NCBI GenBank assembly: GCA_000383715.1
Contig: KB912023.1
Coordinates: forward strand, 42,381-106,380
Direction: 5' to 3'
From: Verrucomicrobia bacterium SCGC AAA164-E04
GTDB taxonomy: Bacteria > Verrucomicrobiota > Verrucomicrobiia > Limisphaerales > AAA164-E04
Length of the DNA: 64,000 bases
Shown: positions 37,126-46,993 of the stretch, piece after piece
Numbering within the stretch: the first letter of the stretch is position 1
How the letters are laid out: each line of letters begins with the position of its first letter
Translations under genes and position numbers: made by a program
The notes under the pieces: model-generated
What the model saw: only the letters and a program-made list of their open reading frames with translations
What the model was told of the DNA's origin: nothing
The model's database searches: none

Positions 37126-40100
37126 TTACTCAGCGATGAAGAATCGAGCTCCATCTTCAATAGGAATGCTGGAATTTGGTGGGACCGCTCCGGCAACAGG
37201 TGTAAACGGACCTGTTACAGAAGTTGCCTCCAATAGCTGGTTTCCTGTCCATTCAATAACAAGGTTTCCTTCCTGAATGGTGAATCCGGTAATATTACCT
37301 TGCTCAACGAATGGCACTGACCCGCCCGTGATAAGAGCGTTGTCAAAATTACCAGTGGTTTGGTTGCCCAGAGGTTCACCCGTTTCTGGATCAGCAGGGC
37401 CGACATCATCAGCATAAGAACCAAACCCTAAGGTAATTCCCTCCGAGTAAGGGAATTCGACTTCTACTCCGAAAATATCGTCCAGGAACAGTTTTGCCGT
37501 TGATCCGTTCAATACCAACTTCATGCGATGATCACCGCGATTGTCGAAGGCTCCTCCATCAAAGGCTGGAATATTGATTCCGTTACCTATTTCTTCATTA
37601 TCATCCGCACCTGGTCGGCGATTGTAGCGCCAGCCGAAATTGCGGGCATCATGTGTGGTATGATCGACGAAGAAGACATGATCACCATTCGCATTCATTG
37701 CCCACATGCCTGTGCGACTTTCGGAGCTAACACCGGCAGCCAGAACAAAATCGACCATCTTGCGGTCCAGTTCGAATGTCAGTGGCTCCGTTAATGATGC
37801 CGAATAGGTGTCAACCGTCAGAAGCGCCATACCTGGCCATGCTGCCGTTTCAGCCTCCACGTGAATGACCACTTCTCCGTTTTGAATCTCGATGAAAGAT
37901 TGCGGAGCTGGTTTCAAGGTGCCAGATTCGTTCAAAGGGGTCTCATCAACGCGCCATTTTGCAGTATCCACACTATCTCCGGAAAAATCATCCGTAAGGA
38001 AGACTTCAGGAATGGAAATGACTTCAACTGAGATGGACCCAGCAACGCACACATCAGCATCCGTCGATACTGAAAACTTTGCTGCACCCAGTCCGGTTGG
38101 AATCGCCGTGAACGTCTGACTGTTTGAGCTTCCCGATGGGAAATTCAGGGTAATGGATCCATTGCTTCCCCCGGCTGGAATGGCAACCTCCGGATTGTTG
38201 CTTTTAATGGTGACCGAAATATCGGCAGCGTCATTTGCCAGGCGTGGAACAGTGACCGTTATTTCCTGACTCTCAGCCCGAGTCATGAGAACACTGGATG
38301 GACTTCCTTCCACGCAAGGTAATACATTTTCAATCGAAAGATTGTCAAACTCGCCTGAAACATCTTCGTCCATGAACTGAGCGTAAGCCCCTAATTCCAC
38401 AAAAATGCCTGCGCTGAGTTCGAATGGGAATGAACCACCGGAGACACCATCGAGGAAGACCTCGACGCTGGTTCCATTGGCAACCAGTTTCATGGTGTGC
38501 TTACCAAGATCTTCCATTGGACCGAACCCTGTAATAACGGCACCTCCACCGCCAGGGGATCCAGGATTCACGTTAACCCGCCAAAAGGCATCATCGTCCA
38601 CCTCGACTTGTTGCGAGAAGAAGACAAAACGTGTCCGATCCGCATTGGTCAGGAACACTCCAGTTCGTCCAGCTTCTCCAAACTGATCCATGGCCACTCG
38701 GTCGACTTCGACCACGAGGTTGAGATCTTCGGTTGCTAGGTAGCTGTTCTTTGTCTTCAGAGAGGCTCCGGGCCAGGTATCTCCATCGGCAAATCCGGAA
38801 ATTTCCAGTTGGCCGTTATTTTGCTCCACAGTGAAATCTCCCAATCCGTTTCCGAATCCTTCTTCAGAAATTTCAAATAAAGAGCTATTGATGGAATTGC
38901 CTGCGAAGGCCTCAGTCAGCAAAACACCAGGATCTGAAATCACAGCGACATCCAGTTTGTTGCCTGCAGCAATATCGCTGCTAGTAAGACTGAATTGCGT
39001 TCCTCCCAGATCTTGTCCTACTATTTGAAAGGTAACTGTGTTAGGGCCACCTGCGGCAAACGTTAAGCTAAGACTTCCATTACTGCCACCTTGAGGGATC
39101 GCGATAGATGGATCATCGCTGACCACTTTCACGCTGATGGATTTTTGGGAATTCAAACCTTGAGGAATCCTGACGGTTACCGGTTGGCTTGTCTGCCCTT
39201 TACGGACACCGATACCAGAAGGTGAGAAGGTGGCACCACCCTCACTTTCAATGATCAGATTATCCCAAGTGGTATCAGCTGTATCATCATTGGCCCTAGC
39301 AAACGCTCCAAAGTGAAAAATGACAGGCGAAAACGGAAAGCTCACTTCAGCGCCTTCAATGCCATCAAGGATCAACTTCACTGTCGAACCATTTGCTTCC
39401 ATGGTCATGGTATGCAAACCGCCGTCGTCGAATGCTTCACCATCAAAAGCGGCCATATTATTACCTCCGCCTGTAGGCACGTCCCCATCTTGACCAATCT
39501 TCCGATTGTAACGCCAGCCACCTTCGCCACGTACGTCGGCGAAAAGGACATAATTGGTTTCGGTTTCATCATAGATCCAAACAGCACTCCTCGAAGCAGA
39601 TCCCTGACCGGCTTCTGCAACACGGTCAATGGATAGTGTGATTGTTTCTGAATCTGAAGGTTCAAAAGGTTGTGTGACTCGAAGGGTTCCTCCGGACCAC
39701 CACTGCTGAGTGGTGGTTCCTACAAATCGCATCACACCGTCACCCGCTTCTCCATGAATATCACCTTCGCCGCCTTCAAAGAATGGGGTGGCTTGCTCAT
39801 AGCGCGCTGAGTCAATGGTATCCGAGGCAAAATCATCGGAGAATACCACATTGCTCTGTTGAGGAACTGCCTCAACTTTTAAGTTGTCCCAAGCGGTGTT
39901 TGCCGTGTCGTTATTGGCTCGTGCGAAAGATCCAAAGTGAAAGACAACGGGCGAAAATGGGAAAGCCACCTCTGCTCCGACGACTCCATCAAGAAGCAAT
40001 TGTACCGTTGAACCATTTGCTACCATCGACATGTTATGTAGGCCCCCATCATCAAATGCCTCCCCATCGAAAGAAGCCATATTGTTTCCCCCTCCTGTGG

Positions 40101-41238
40101 GGACATCGCCATCTTGACCAATTTTGCGATTGTAACGCCAGCCGCCTTCACCTCGGACATCGGCAAATAATACATAACTGCTCTCCGATTCATCGAAGAT
40201 CCAGAGCGCGCTGCGTGAGGCGGAGCCTTGTCCGTCTTCTTCGACACGGTCTATGGATAAAGTTACAGGTGAGTCGGCTGTTGCATTGAAGCTATCTTTC
40301 AACCGAAGTGTGCCTCCTGACCACCATTGCTGAGTGGTTTCTCCTACGAATCGCATCACGCCTCCGTCAGCTTCGGCATGGATGTTACCCTCACCACCCT
40401 CAAAGAATGGCTCCGCAGCTTCAAATTTTGCGGGGTCGATCGTACCTGATGAAAAATCGTCATCAAAGACCACGGCCGTGCTCAACACGGTGGATATTTG
40501 CAAATTATCCCAAGTCGTATCCGCGGTATCATTGTTGGCACGCGCATATGATCCAAATTGAAAGACCACATTATTGAATGGAAAAGGCACCTCAGCGCCA
40601 ACTTGACCGTCCAGAATGAGCTGCACGGTTGAGCCATTTGCAACAATGCTCATTTCATGCAGACCTCCATCATCGAATGCCTCCCCATCGAAAGAAGCCA
40701 TATTGTTTCCTCCTCCTGTGGGGACATCGCCATCTTGACCAATTTTGCGATTGTAACGCCAGCCACCTTCTCCTCGGACATCGGCAAAGAGAACGTAGTT
40801 GTTTTCCGTTTCGTCATGGATCCAGAGTGCACTTCGAGAAGCCGATCCCTGGCCATTTTCTGCGACACGGTCGATGGTCAGCGTGACAGGTGCATCCTGA
40901 GATGCAGCATATGTCTCATTGACCTTTAGAGTGCCACCTGACCACCATTGTTGGGTGGTTTCACCGACAAAACGCATCACGCCGTCGCCGGCTTCTGCGT
41001 GAATATCACCTTCACCACCCTCGAAAAAGGGAGCATTAGATGTGTAATTTGCCGTATCAATCGTGTCTGATGAAAAGTCGTCTTCAAAGACAACGCTTGA
41101 TACCTGTGCATTGGCAATGTTCATTGCCGCGAGAGAGATTGCTAAGAGAAAGCAAAGATGAATCAATGCAGTCCAGTCTCGAACCCTTTTCAAACCATGA
41201 GGAGCATGGTGAATGGGATGGGTGTTCTTATTTTTCAT
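37126..41238 (-). CDS. Giant secreted repeat protein: 3 near-identical + 2 diverged ~200-aa jelly-roll (ConA/LamG-like, inferred) domains, interspersed with Ig-like domains
   Basis: 1370 aa with a signal peptide ending IANAQ. The unit VVF(E/D/S)DDF...PFFEGGEG.IH.EA..GVMRFVG.TTQQWWSGGTL...SASRSA.WI.DE....YVLFADVRGEGGWRYNRKIGQDGDVPTGGGNNMA.FDGEAFDDGGLH...ANGSTV.L.LDG...W DNL occurs three times. The fold assignment is inference. Confidence 0.8.
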   Translation of the reverse strand: MKNKNTHPIHHAPHGLKRVRDWTALIHLCFLLAISLAAMNIANAQVSSVVFEDDFSSDTIDTANYTSNAPFFEGGEGDIHAEAGDGVMRFVGETTQQWWSGGTLKVNETYAASQDAPVTLTIDRVAENGQGSASRSALWIHDETENNYVLFADVRGEGGWRYNRKIGQDGDVPTGGGNNMASFDGEAFDDGGLHEMSIVANGSTVQLILDGQVGAEVPFPFNNVVFQFGSYARANNDTADTTWDNLQISTVLSTAVVFDDDFSSGTIDPAKFEAAEPFFEGGEGNIHAEADGGVMRFVGETTQQWWSGGTLRLKDSFNATADSPVTLSIDRVEEDGQGSASRSALWIFDESESSYVLFADVRGEGGWRYNRKIGQDGDVPTGGGNNMASFDGEAFDDGGLHNMSMVANGSTVQLLLDGVVGAEVAFPFSPVVFHFGSFARANNDTANTAWDNLKVEAVPQQSNVVFSDDFASDTIDSARYEQATPFFEGGEGDIHGEAGDGVMRFVGTTTQQWWSGGTLRVTQPFEPSDSETITLSIDRVAEAGQGSASRSAVWIYDETETNYVLFADVRGEGGWRYNRKIGQDGDVPTGGGNNMAAFDGEAFDDGGLHTMTMEANGSTVKLILDGIEGAEVSFPFSPVIFHFGAFARANDDTADTTWDNLIIESEGGATFSPSGIGVRKGQTSQPVTVRIPQGLNSQKSISVKVVSDDPSIAIPQGGSNGSLSLTFAAGGPNTVTFQIVGQDLGGTQFSLTSSDIAAGNKLDVAVISDPGVLLTEAFAGNSINSSLFEISEEGFGNGLGDFTVEQNNGQLEISGFADGDTWPGASLKTKNSYLATEDLNLVVEVDRVAMDQFGEAGRTGVFLTNADRTRFVFFSQQVEVDDDAFWRVNVNPGSPGGGGAVITGFGPMEDLGKHTMKLVANGTSVEVFLDGVSGGSFPFELSAGIFVELGAYAQFMDEDVSGEFDNLSIENVLPCVEGSPSSVLMTRAESQEITVTVPRLANDAADISVTIKSNNPEVAIPAGGSNGSITLNFPSGSSNSQTFTAIPTGLGAAKFSVSTDADVCVAGSISVEVISIPEVFLTDDFSGDSVDTAKWRVDETPLNESGTLKPAPQSFIEIQNGEVVIHVEAETAAWPGMALLTVDTYSASLTEPLTFELDRKMVDFVLAAGVSSESRTGMWAMNANGDHVFFVDHTTHDARNFGWRYNRRPGADDNEEIGNGINIPAFDGGAFDNRGDHRMKLVLNGSTAKLFLDDIFGVEVEFPYSEGITLGFGSYADDVGPADPETGEPLGNQTTGNFDNALITGGSVPFVEQGNITGFTIQEGNLVIEWTGNQLLEATSVTGPFTPVAGAVPPNSSIPIEDGARFFIAE
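39247..41094. repeat. Intragenic tandem repeat, 3 copies of ~621-624 bp
   Basis: Protein repeats span aa 49-248, 256-455 and 464-663. At the DNA level, ~40061-40170 and ~40683-40790 are almost identical over ~100 nt. The third copy (~39433-39545) differs mostly at synonymous sites. Confidence 0.85.
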
Positions 41239-41326
41239 ACTATATCTGTGTTAGTTCAGCTATCGATGATTACAGTTCATCCCCGAATCTCGTAATGCAT
41301 GAGCAAGTTTAATTACTAATGCAATA

Positions 41327-41380
41327 GCTGCTACGTATGTAGTTGCTGCTGCTTATGTAGTTGCTGCTGCTTATGTAGTT
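41327..41380. repeat. 18-bp tandem repeat x3 in the intergenic region upstream of the giant repeat gene
   Basis: GCTGCTACGTATGTAGTT (41327-41344), GCTGCTGCTTATGTAGTT (41345-41362), GCTGCTGCTTATGTAGTT (41363-41380). Confidence 0.9.
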
Positions 41381-41572
41381 GCAGGAATTTCAGGGATGGG
41401 GAATTCTATTGGTGACTAATGATGAATGTCAAATTTTTTTAAGGGTTAAAAAAGGAGCAGGGATTCATCACGCACACAATAAATTGTGATTGACCATGCA
41501 CTACATCGTGTACTTTTACAGAGTAATACTACTTGCAGCTAGTGCCAAAGCGAAGGATGGACTCGTCCTCAT

Positions 41573-42304
41573 TCATGGAAGTATCAGATTCGGGTTTACC
41601 TTGAAGTCGAGAATAATCCCATTGGTCTGGGATTGCTTGAAACTCGCAACATGTGCGTCCATGAAAAGAGTCATTGCTCCGCCATTTGGATAGCGTTCCC
41701 CATGCCGGTAGCCAAGATTATTGGTGGAAAGGTTGATAATGGGGGGATGATTGCGCACATAAGCAAGATCGGATACCAACAGAGTTTGGGTTGGTTGGCG
41801 CACACTCCCCAGCTTGGCTGTATCGGCTGAAGGAAACTTGCCCCTTGCGTTAGGGAAGTTTTTGGATGTGTACTGATTCATTCCATAACTTATCTTCCAT
41901 GGATTGCCTCCTTTGAGGGGCTCCTTGAGACGGATAGGGCATTGTGAAACACCGTTGGTAAAGTTTTGGCCTTGTTGCGCAGCATCGAATTTAGAGCGTC
42001 CATAGTAGCTAAACAGCAATGCCTCGAAATTATTGATATTCGCGTCGTGGATGTAAGAATTTGGTCCCTCACCCCATGCGTATGGCAGTTTTCCATCATT
42101 ATCGTCCACATACATGAAGATGGCGAATCCCATTTGTTTCAAATTGCTTCTGCAAAGAGTTGAATTCGCTTTATCCTTGGCCTTGCTCAAGGCTGGTAGA
42201 AGCATGCCTGCAAGGATCGCTATAATGGCAATAACCACCAACAGCTCGATCAGTGTAAACGCATAAGTCAATACCCTTTGCTTGGGAATGAAAAAAGTGG
42301 ACAT
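41573..42304 (-). CDS. Prepilin-type N-terminal cleavage/methylation domain protein (DUF1559-like)
   Basis: [34 protein letters not shown]-terminal [19 protein letters not shown] (a variant of the H-X9-DG region). ORF 42529 adds ~75 non-homologous codons; Met at 42304 or 42313 gives the usual short leader. Confidence 0.8.
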   Translation of the reverse strand: MSTFFIPKQRVLTYAFTLIELLVVIAIIAILAGMLLPALSKAKDKANSTLCRSNLKQMGFAIFMYVDDNDGKLPYAWGEGPNSYIHDANINNFEALLFSYYGRSKFDAAQQGQNFTNGVSQCPIRLKEPLKGGNPWKISYGMNQYTSKNFPNARGKFPSADTAKLGSVRQPTQTLLVSDLAYVRNHPPIINLSTNNLGYRHGERYPNGGAMTLFMDAHVASFKQSQTNGIILDFKVNPNLILP

Positions 42305-42807
42305 GCAAGCCATATAGCGAAGGCACAGAGGGGAGTAAAGTAGAAAATACCTCCATGAGGCCGTTAATTGCTCCTTTGTTTTAAATGGAAAACGATGCAA
42401 TGTCTGTTGAAGTTTACTCTTCTTGCAAGGTATCCTGCCTCGTCTGTTGGCTTTTTTTTCAGCCAAAGCAGGCGTTTGGGCAGGGGAGCACCAAACCTGA
42501 GGTAACAAGGAGAAAATCAGCTTCTGCAAAAAAGCGAAGTTTTGATAGGATTCACAAAATCCATGCCAGTTAGGATCGCTTTACTTCCATTTAACATCTT
42601 CTTACCTACTGCGTTCAAAGTGGTGAAAAGAATCAAGAAAAAGGTGCGATCCAATCTTTTGTGTAACCTACAATGCCATCACCCTAGAGCGGCACTCTTT
42701 TCATGAATAAAGGGAGATTTTGGGGAAAGAAAATCCAAATAAAACCAAGGCTTCTTGTGCAAATTTACCATGAAAATTGCAGGTCTATTGGTTCCTCAAT
42801 AAAAAAA

Positions 42808-42829
42808 CGCCTCCAGTTAACTGGAGGCG
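42808..42829 (-). terminator. Rho-independent terminator (structurally bidirectional) after the LRR/cytochrome gene
   Basis: Perfect 9-bp stem CGCCTCCAG(42808-42816)/CTGGAGGCG(42821-42829) with loop TTAA. An A7 run lies on one side and T-rich sequence on the other. It is 32 bp downstream of the stop at 42861. Confidence 0.8.
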
Positions 42830-42860
42830 TTTTCTTTCAATGCTGAAATTGATAGAGATT

Positions 42861-44141
42861 TTACTCTGCGCCGCTCGTGATCCAAAGCTTGATCAAGTCG
42901 GTTTGTGCTTTTGATAGCAAATCTCCTTTAGGAGGCATACGGTCATCGTGATCTGCCGGAAGGATGACACGTGTATAGAGAGAACTTTCATCCGGTTTGC
43001 CGCTGACAACGATAGCTTCTCCGTCTGCACCCTTGAGTGTCGCAGCCAGCGAATCTAGGCGCAGCTTGGCTTTCTGCTTGTCCTCCCCGTGACAGTCCGC
43101 ACATCTTTCCTTTAAAATAGGTAGGATAAATTCTCCAAAAACACCGCTTTCCTTGGATGCCACTTTTGTTTCTTCCACAGCCACCACCTCAGCTTCAGCT
43201 TTGGCTCCCTTGACGATCCAGTTACGAATTTGGGCGATTTCGTTTTCACTCAAAGGCCCGTTTTTTGGAGGCATCAAGTCATCATCATCTGCAGGCAAAG
43301 TAATTAATTGGAATAAACTACTGCCGATCAAATCCCCTGCTACAACAATTTTGCCATCGGGTGTGCCTTCCATGACTGCGGCATAGCTATCGAGACGCAG
43401 TTTGGATTTCTGTTTTTCCTCCCCATGACACTTGACACAATTTGCCTCGAGAATAGGCATGATGTGCGTGGCGAAGTCTGGGTCTTCGGCAACCACCAAT
43501 TCAGTCGATTCTTCAGCTGCGCTGCTTTCAAGAGCTTCGCGTTGAGTTTTCAAAGCTGCCAGACGGGCTTTGCTCAAGAGTTCCTTCTCCCATCCCAGGT
43601 TAATCTCCAGAGCGTCATTGCCGGATTTCTCCATGGCTGCTTGAAAAGATTTTGCTGCATCTTCGCTCACCTTTGTCTGCCATAAATAAAGGTTTTTCAG
43701 TTTCTTCAACGTTTTCAAAGCATCCATACCGCTCGCGCTTATTTCGGTACCATACAAGTTGAGATAAACGAGGTTGGACAGCCCTGTCAGGTGCTTGAGG
43801 CCTGCGTCAGTGATTTTGGTTTTTTCAAGATGCAAACGTTCCAGACTTGCGAGATTGCTCAGATGGGCAACACCCGCATCCCCGATGCCTGCATTTTTGA
43901 TATCTAATTCCATGATACCCGGGATTTCTTTCAAGACTTCGAGATCAGCGTCTGTAAGAACGCGTCCTTCAAAAGTCTTGGGGGGAATCAATACACGCAC
44001 GCCCTCGACGTCTTTGGCGATACCCAGCACCTGGCCTCCGTATGATTCAACCGTTGCGATGGCAGATTGTTCATCCGCTTGTAACCCGGCAATCCATCCT
44101 GTTGCGAGGCATCCGAGTAAAATGACAATTAATTTGTTCAT
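42861..44141 (-). CDS. Secreted leucine-rich-repeat protein with two PSCyt1-type (Planctomycete cytochrome c) CxxCH domains
   Basis: LRR units (LSNLASLERLHLEKTKITDAGLKHLTGLSNLVYLNLYGTEIS...LKNLYLWQTKVS). Two copies of ...C(V/A)(K/D)CHGE(E/D)KQK(S/A)KLRLDS...LP..D.D.MPPK...L. Met at 44141 starts the signal peptide MNKLIVILLGCLATGWIAGLQA. Confidence 0.8.
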   Translation of the reverse strand: MNKLIVILLGCLATGWIAGLQADEQSAIATVESYGGQVLGIAKDVEGVRVLIPPKTFEGRVLTDADLEVLKEIPGIMELDIKNAGIGDAGVAHLSNLASLERLHLEKTKITDAGLKHLTGLSNLVYLNLYGTEISASGMDALKTLKKLKNLYLWQTKVSEDAAKSFQAAMEKSGNDALEINLGWEKELLSKARLAALKTQREALESSAAEESTELVVAEDPDFATHIMPILEANCVKCHGEEKQKSKLRLDSYAAVMEGTPDGKIVVAGDLIGSSLFQLITLPADDDDLMPPKNGPLSENEIAQIRNWIVKGAKAEAEVVAVEETKVASKESGVFGEFILPILKERCADCHGEDKQKAKLRLDSLAATLKGADGEAIVVSGKPDESSLYTRVILPADHDDRMPPKGDLLSKAQTDLIKLWITSGAE

Positions 44142-44402
44142 ATTCCTAATATTGTGGCTTGGTGTATTTATCCAATCGGATTTTTCATTGTCGGTCAAGC
44201 CAAGGGTGCACGATCCTACAAGTTGTTTTCTTTAATCGCCCAAAAGGGGCTTTTTTTAGGTTTACAGGGCCGATTCTCTCATGTCATTGATCAGGAAAAT
44301 GCTGAAAAGTAGTCTTGAGACTAGTTTTTATTGCGTTTTCTTTGGGTAGGGTTCTTAAATCAGGCCATCATGAAGCTGACAATTACAAAATAAACGAGTC
44401 AT

Positions 44403-45218
44403 ATGATGGAAGATTTATCGAGAAAAGCCTCTCAGCACAATGCTGAGATATGGGACAAATTGGTTGCCATGAAGAGTGGGTTTACAGCTACTGTCTCTGC
44501 GCGTGCTCTCAATAATCCTTTGCCCTACATAAATATTTATCAATGGTTGCCGAAAGGAGTTCACGGACGTCGTGTGCTTTGCCTGGGTGCCGGAGGTGGT
44601 AAACATGCTCCTCTATATGCAGCTGCGGGAGCAGACGTGACTGTCGTGGATATTTCTGAGGCGATGCTGGAAAAGGATCGGATCATGGCGGAACGATATG
44701 ATTTTCGCATACGGAGATTTCAGCGCTGCATGACGGATCTTCATGGTTTGATGGAAAAAGAGTTTGATCTGATCATGCAACCCGTGAGTAGTTGTTATAT
44801 CCAGAACATCGAAGGCCTGCATCGTGAAGTTGCTAGGGTGCTCAAACCAGGAGGGTTATACATTGTCCAGCATAAGCAACCTTTCAGTCTGCAGACCACA
44901 CCCAAACCGGAGTGCGGTAAGTATGCGGTGGAGGTTTCCGCAAGGTATCAGGGAAAGTTACCTCCCATCGATGGTAGTGAACACCGAGAATCTGGGGCCA
45001 TGGAATTCCTTCACACATTGGAAGCTCTTGTTGGTGGCTTGTGTAGGCATGGCTTCGTCATTGAAGATCTTCGTGAGCCCTGGCATGGGAAAGCAGACGC
45101 TTTGCCTGGAAGTTTTGCTCATCGCTGCGAATATGTGCCTCCTTACTTGGCTATGAAAGCTCGCAGACGCATCGATTCAGGCATTGCAATTTCACCGATC
45201 ATCGCCGACAGTGAGTAA
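44403..45218 (+). CDS. Class I SAM-dependent methyltransferase
   Basis: Motif I RVLCLGAGGGKHAPLYAAAGADVTVVDISEAML, followed by post-I/II blocks (FDLIMQPVS, LKPGGLYIV). Confidence 0.85.
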   Translation: MMEDLSRKASQHNAEIWDKLVAMKSGFTATVSARALNNPLPYINIYQWLPKGVHGRRVLCLGAGGGKHAPLYAAAGADVTVVDISEAMLEKDRIMAERYDFRIRRFQRCMTDLHGLMEKEFDLIMQPVSSCYIQNIEGLHREVARVLKPGGLYIVQHKQPFSLQTTPKPECGKYAVEVSARYQGKLPPIDGSEHRESGAMEFLHTLEALVGGLCRHGFVIEDLREPWHGKADALPGSFAHRCEYVPPYLAMKARRRIDSGIAISPIIADSE

Positions 45219-45298
45219 GTGTTGGAATTAACCTTAACGCTGTTTCAGTTGCGCTATTCCACCAACGCGAGCGTAAAGTAACCTTTTTTAATGCAAAA

Positions 45299-46309
45299 AT
45301 GAATATTTTATCGAAATTTGCTGCCTGTTTTTTTCTGGTCGGTCTGACCCTTGCCAAGGCTCAGGATAATCAAGTTGAAGCCTTTCCTGCCATTGAATTT
45401 GAAACACCTGTCTACCAATTCGGTACTGTGCAGCAAGGCGAGGAAATTCGTTACGACTTCAAGTTCTTCAATAGAGGCAACCAAGTCCTCAAAATCAAGA
45501 GTGTAAGGCCCGGTTGTGGTTGTACTACTGCAGGAGAGTTCTCCAAGTCCATTGAGCCTGGGCGTTCTGGAATTATTCCGATCAAACTTAGTACAACCAG
45601 ATTCAAGGGCCCCTTGAGTAAATCGGTTACCGTCACCAGCAATGATCCAAAGCATCCAACGTCCTTCCTGCAGATCAAAGGTAAAGTCTGGATGCCAGTT
45701 GTTGTGGATCCGCAGGTTGCCGCATTCCCAGCGCTCAAGTCTCTCACGGGCGAGAAAACTTCAATCATCAAAGTGACCAATCAGGTCGAAACGCAGATGA
45801 AAATTAAAAATCTCAGAGTCGAAGGTGAGCGATTCAAGGCAGTCCTCAAAACGATCACTGAAGGCAAGGAATACCAGATCGAGATCACAACGGTTCCCCC
45901 TTTGGTCTACGGTTCGAATCGTGGGACAATCCGTTTTGAAACCAATATTCCAGATGCACGCAATCACCAGATCTCGGCTACTGCCTACGTCATGGCTCCC
46001 GTTCAAGTTGTTCCCAATCGGATTTTACTCAAGGAGGGTGTGCTCGCGAAGCCCATGAAAAAGTATCTGACAGTACTCTCTTACCAGGATACGCCTCTGG
46101 AATTATCTGATGTGAAAATGTCTGTTGAAGGTGTCAAGATCGACACGAATATTCTCAACAATGGAAAACATCATCGTATGACTCTGACATTTCCCGCGGG
46201 ACTCAACGTGGACGAGCTGAAGGATGCGAAGCTCACACTCAAGACTAACCACGAAGAATTCAGTGATTTCGAGGTGCCCGTGGGTTCCTATCGGAAATTG
46301 AAAAAATAA
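45299..46309 (+). CDS. DUF1573 domain-containing secreted protein
   Basis: Signal peptide, then YQFGTVQQGEEIRYDFKFFNRGNQVLKIKSVRPGCGCTTA, the hallmark DUF1573 block with its CGC motif. Further Ig-like beta-rich repeats follow. Confidence 0.8.
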   Translation: MNILSKFAACFFLVGLTLAKAQDNQVEAFPAIEFETPVYQFGTVQQGEEIRYDFKFFNRGNQVLKIKSVRPGCGCTTAGEFSKSIEPGRSGIIPIKLSTTRFKGPLSKSVTVTSNDPKHPTSFLQIKGKVWMPVVVDPQVAAFPALKSLTGEKTSIIKVTNQVETQMKIKNLRVEGERFKAVLKTITEGKEYQIEITTVPPLVYGSNRGTIRFETNIPDARNHQISATAYVMAPVQVVPNRILLKEGVLAKPMKKYLTVLSYQDTPLELSDVKMSVEGVKIDTNILNNGKHHRMTLTFPAGLNVDELKDAKLTLKTNHEEFSDFEVPVGSYRKLKK

Positions 46310-46312
46310 TGG

Positions 46313-46993
46313 GTGTTACAGCTCTTTTCGCAAGGGATATTTGTGGCTTCATCCAAAGATCTTAACAATAGCTGGCCTGAATGGTTGTTTGTGCTTGGGC
46401 TCGGAACTGCCTTGTCAGTAATTCTGAACCATCATTCGAGCAATGGTCTGGATGTGACTCGTGATTACTTTCTTACTTCCGAGACAATTTCACCAAAAGA
46501 TTCCAACTCAGGGAGGCAGCATTCTTCTGATCACTCATTCGAAACGGAAGTTCAGCAATCGATTGAACGGCTTATGCAGAAGGGGTTTCAGCCCAAAAGT
46601 ACCGTTGAAGTTGTCGCGCTGATGGAAGATCCACGTTTGGAATCTGGTGAAGTTGTTCTCATTGACGCTCGAAATGAAACCCTTTTTCAAGAGCGACACA
46701 TTCCCGGCGCCTATCTACTGGATCATTATAAAATAGACCAATACATTGACCTGGTACTGCCGATGTGTCAGATCGCTGAACAGGTGATCGTTTATTGCAG
46801 TGGCGGTCATTGTGAAGACAGCGAATTCACCGCAACAGATCTCCAACAATTGGGCGTCTCACAGGACAAACTTTTTATTTATGCAGCAGGCATGCGTGGA
46901 TGGAACGGGGGAGCCTATCCAATCGCCATGGGAGATCGGTTTGATGATTTTGAAGAACTGCATTCCATGCAGCAGGCCCAAGAGACACCATGA
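46313..46993 (+). CDS. Membrane-anchored rhodanese-like domain protein
   Basis: GTG start 3 bp after the DUF1573 stop. One TM segment (WLFVLGLGTALSVIL). Rhodanese pattern VLIDARNETLFQERHIPGA...VIVYCSGGHCEDSEFTATDLQQLG. Confidence 0.75.
   Translation: MLQLFSQGIFVASSKDLNNSWPEWLFVLGLGTALSVILNHHSSNGLDVTRDYFLTSETISPKDSNSGRQHSSDHSFETEVQQSIERLMQKGFQPKSTVEVVALMEDPRLESGEVVLIDARNETLFQERHIPGAYLLDHYKIDQYIDLVLPMCQIAEQVIVYCSGGHCEDSEFTATDLQQLGVSQDKLFIYAAGMRGWNGGAYPIAMGDRFDDFEELHSMQQAQETP

Noticed and set aside
39783-40289. 168-aa plus-strand ORF, plus similar antisense ORFs at 1788..2351, 50564..51073, 51308..51817 and 55286..55876
   Set aside because: All lie antisense inside long genes with strong family motifs. 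Their products are Arg/His/Pro/Cys-rich and motif-free, and the one at 39783 merely mirrors the repeat structure of the real gene.
41327-41380. Possible CRISPR array
   Set aside because: There are only three directly abutting 18-bp units with no spacers and no cas genes. It is a simple tandem repeat.
42305-42529. 75-codon N-terminal extension of the pseudopilin-like ORF
   Set aside because: Prepilin leaders are short. The class-defining FTLIELLVV motif follows Met 42304/42313 at the usual distance, and the extension is Arg/Lys/Pro-rich and non-homologous.
44310-44323. Inverted repeat TAGTCT-TG-AGACTA in the divergent promoter region 44199-44402
   Set aside because: It is a single short palindrome with no second copy in the window and no known regulator motif. 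It may be chance.
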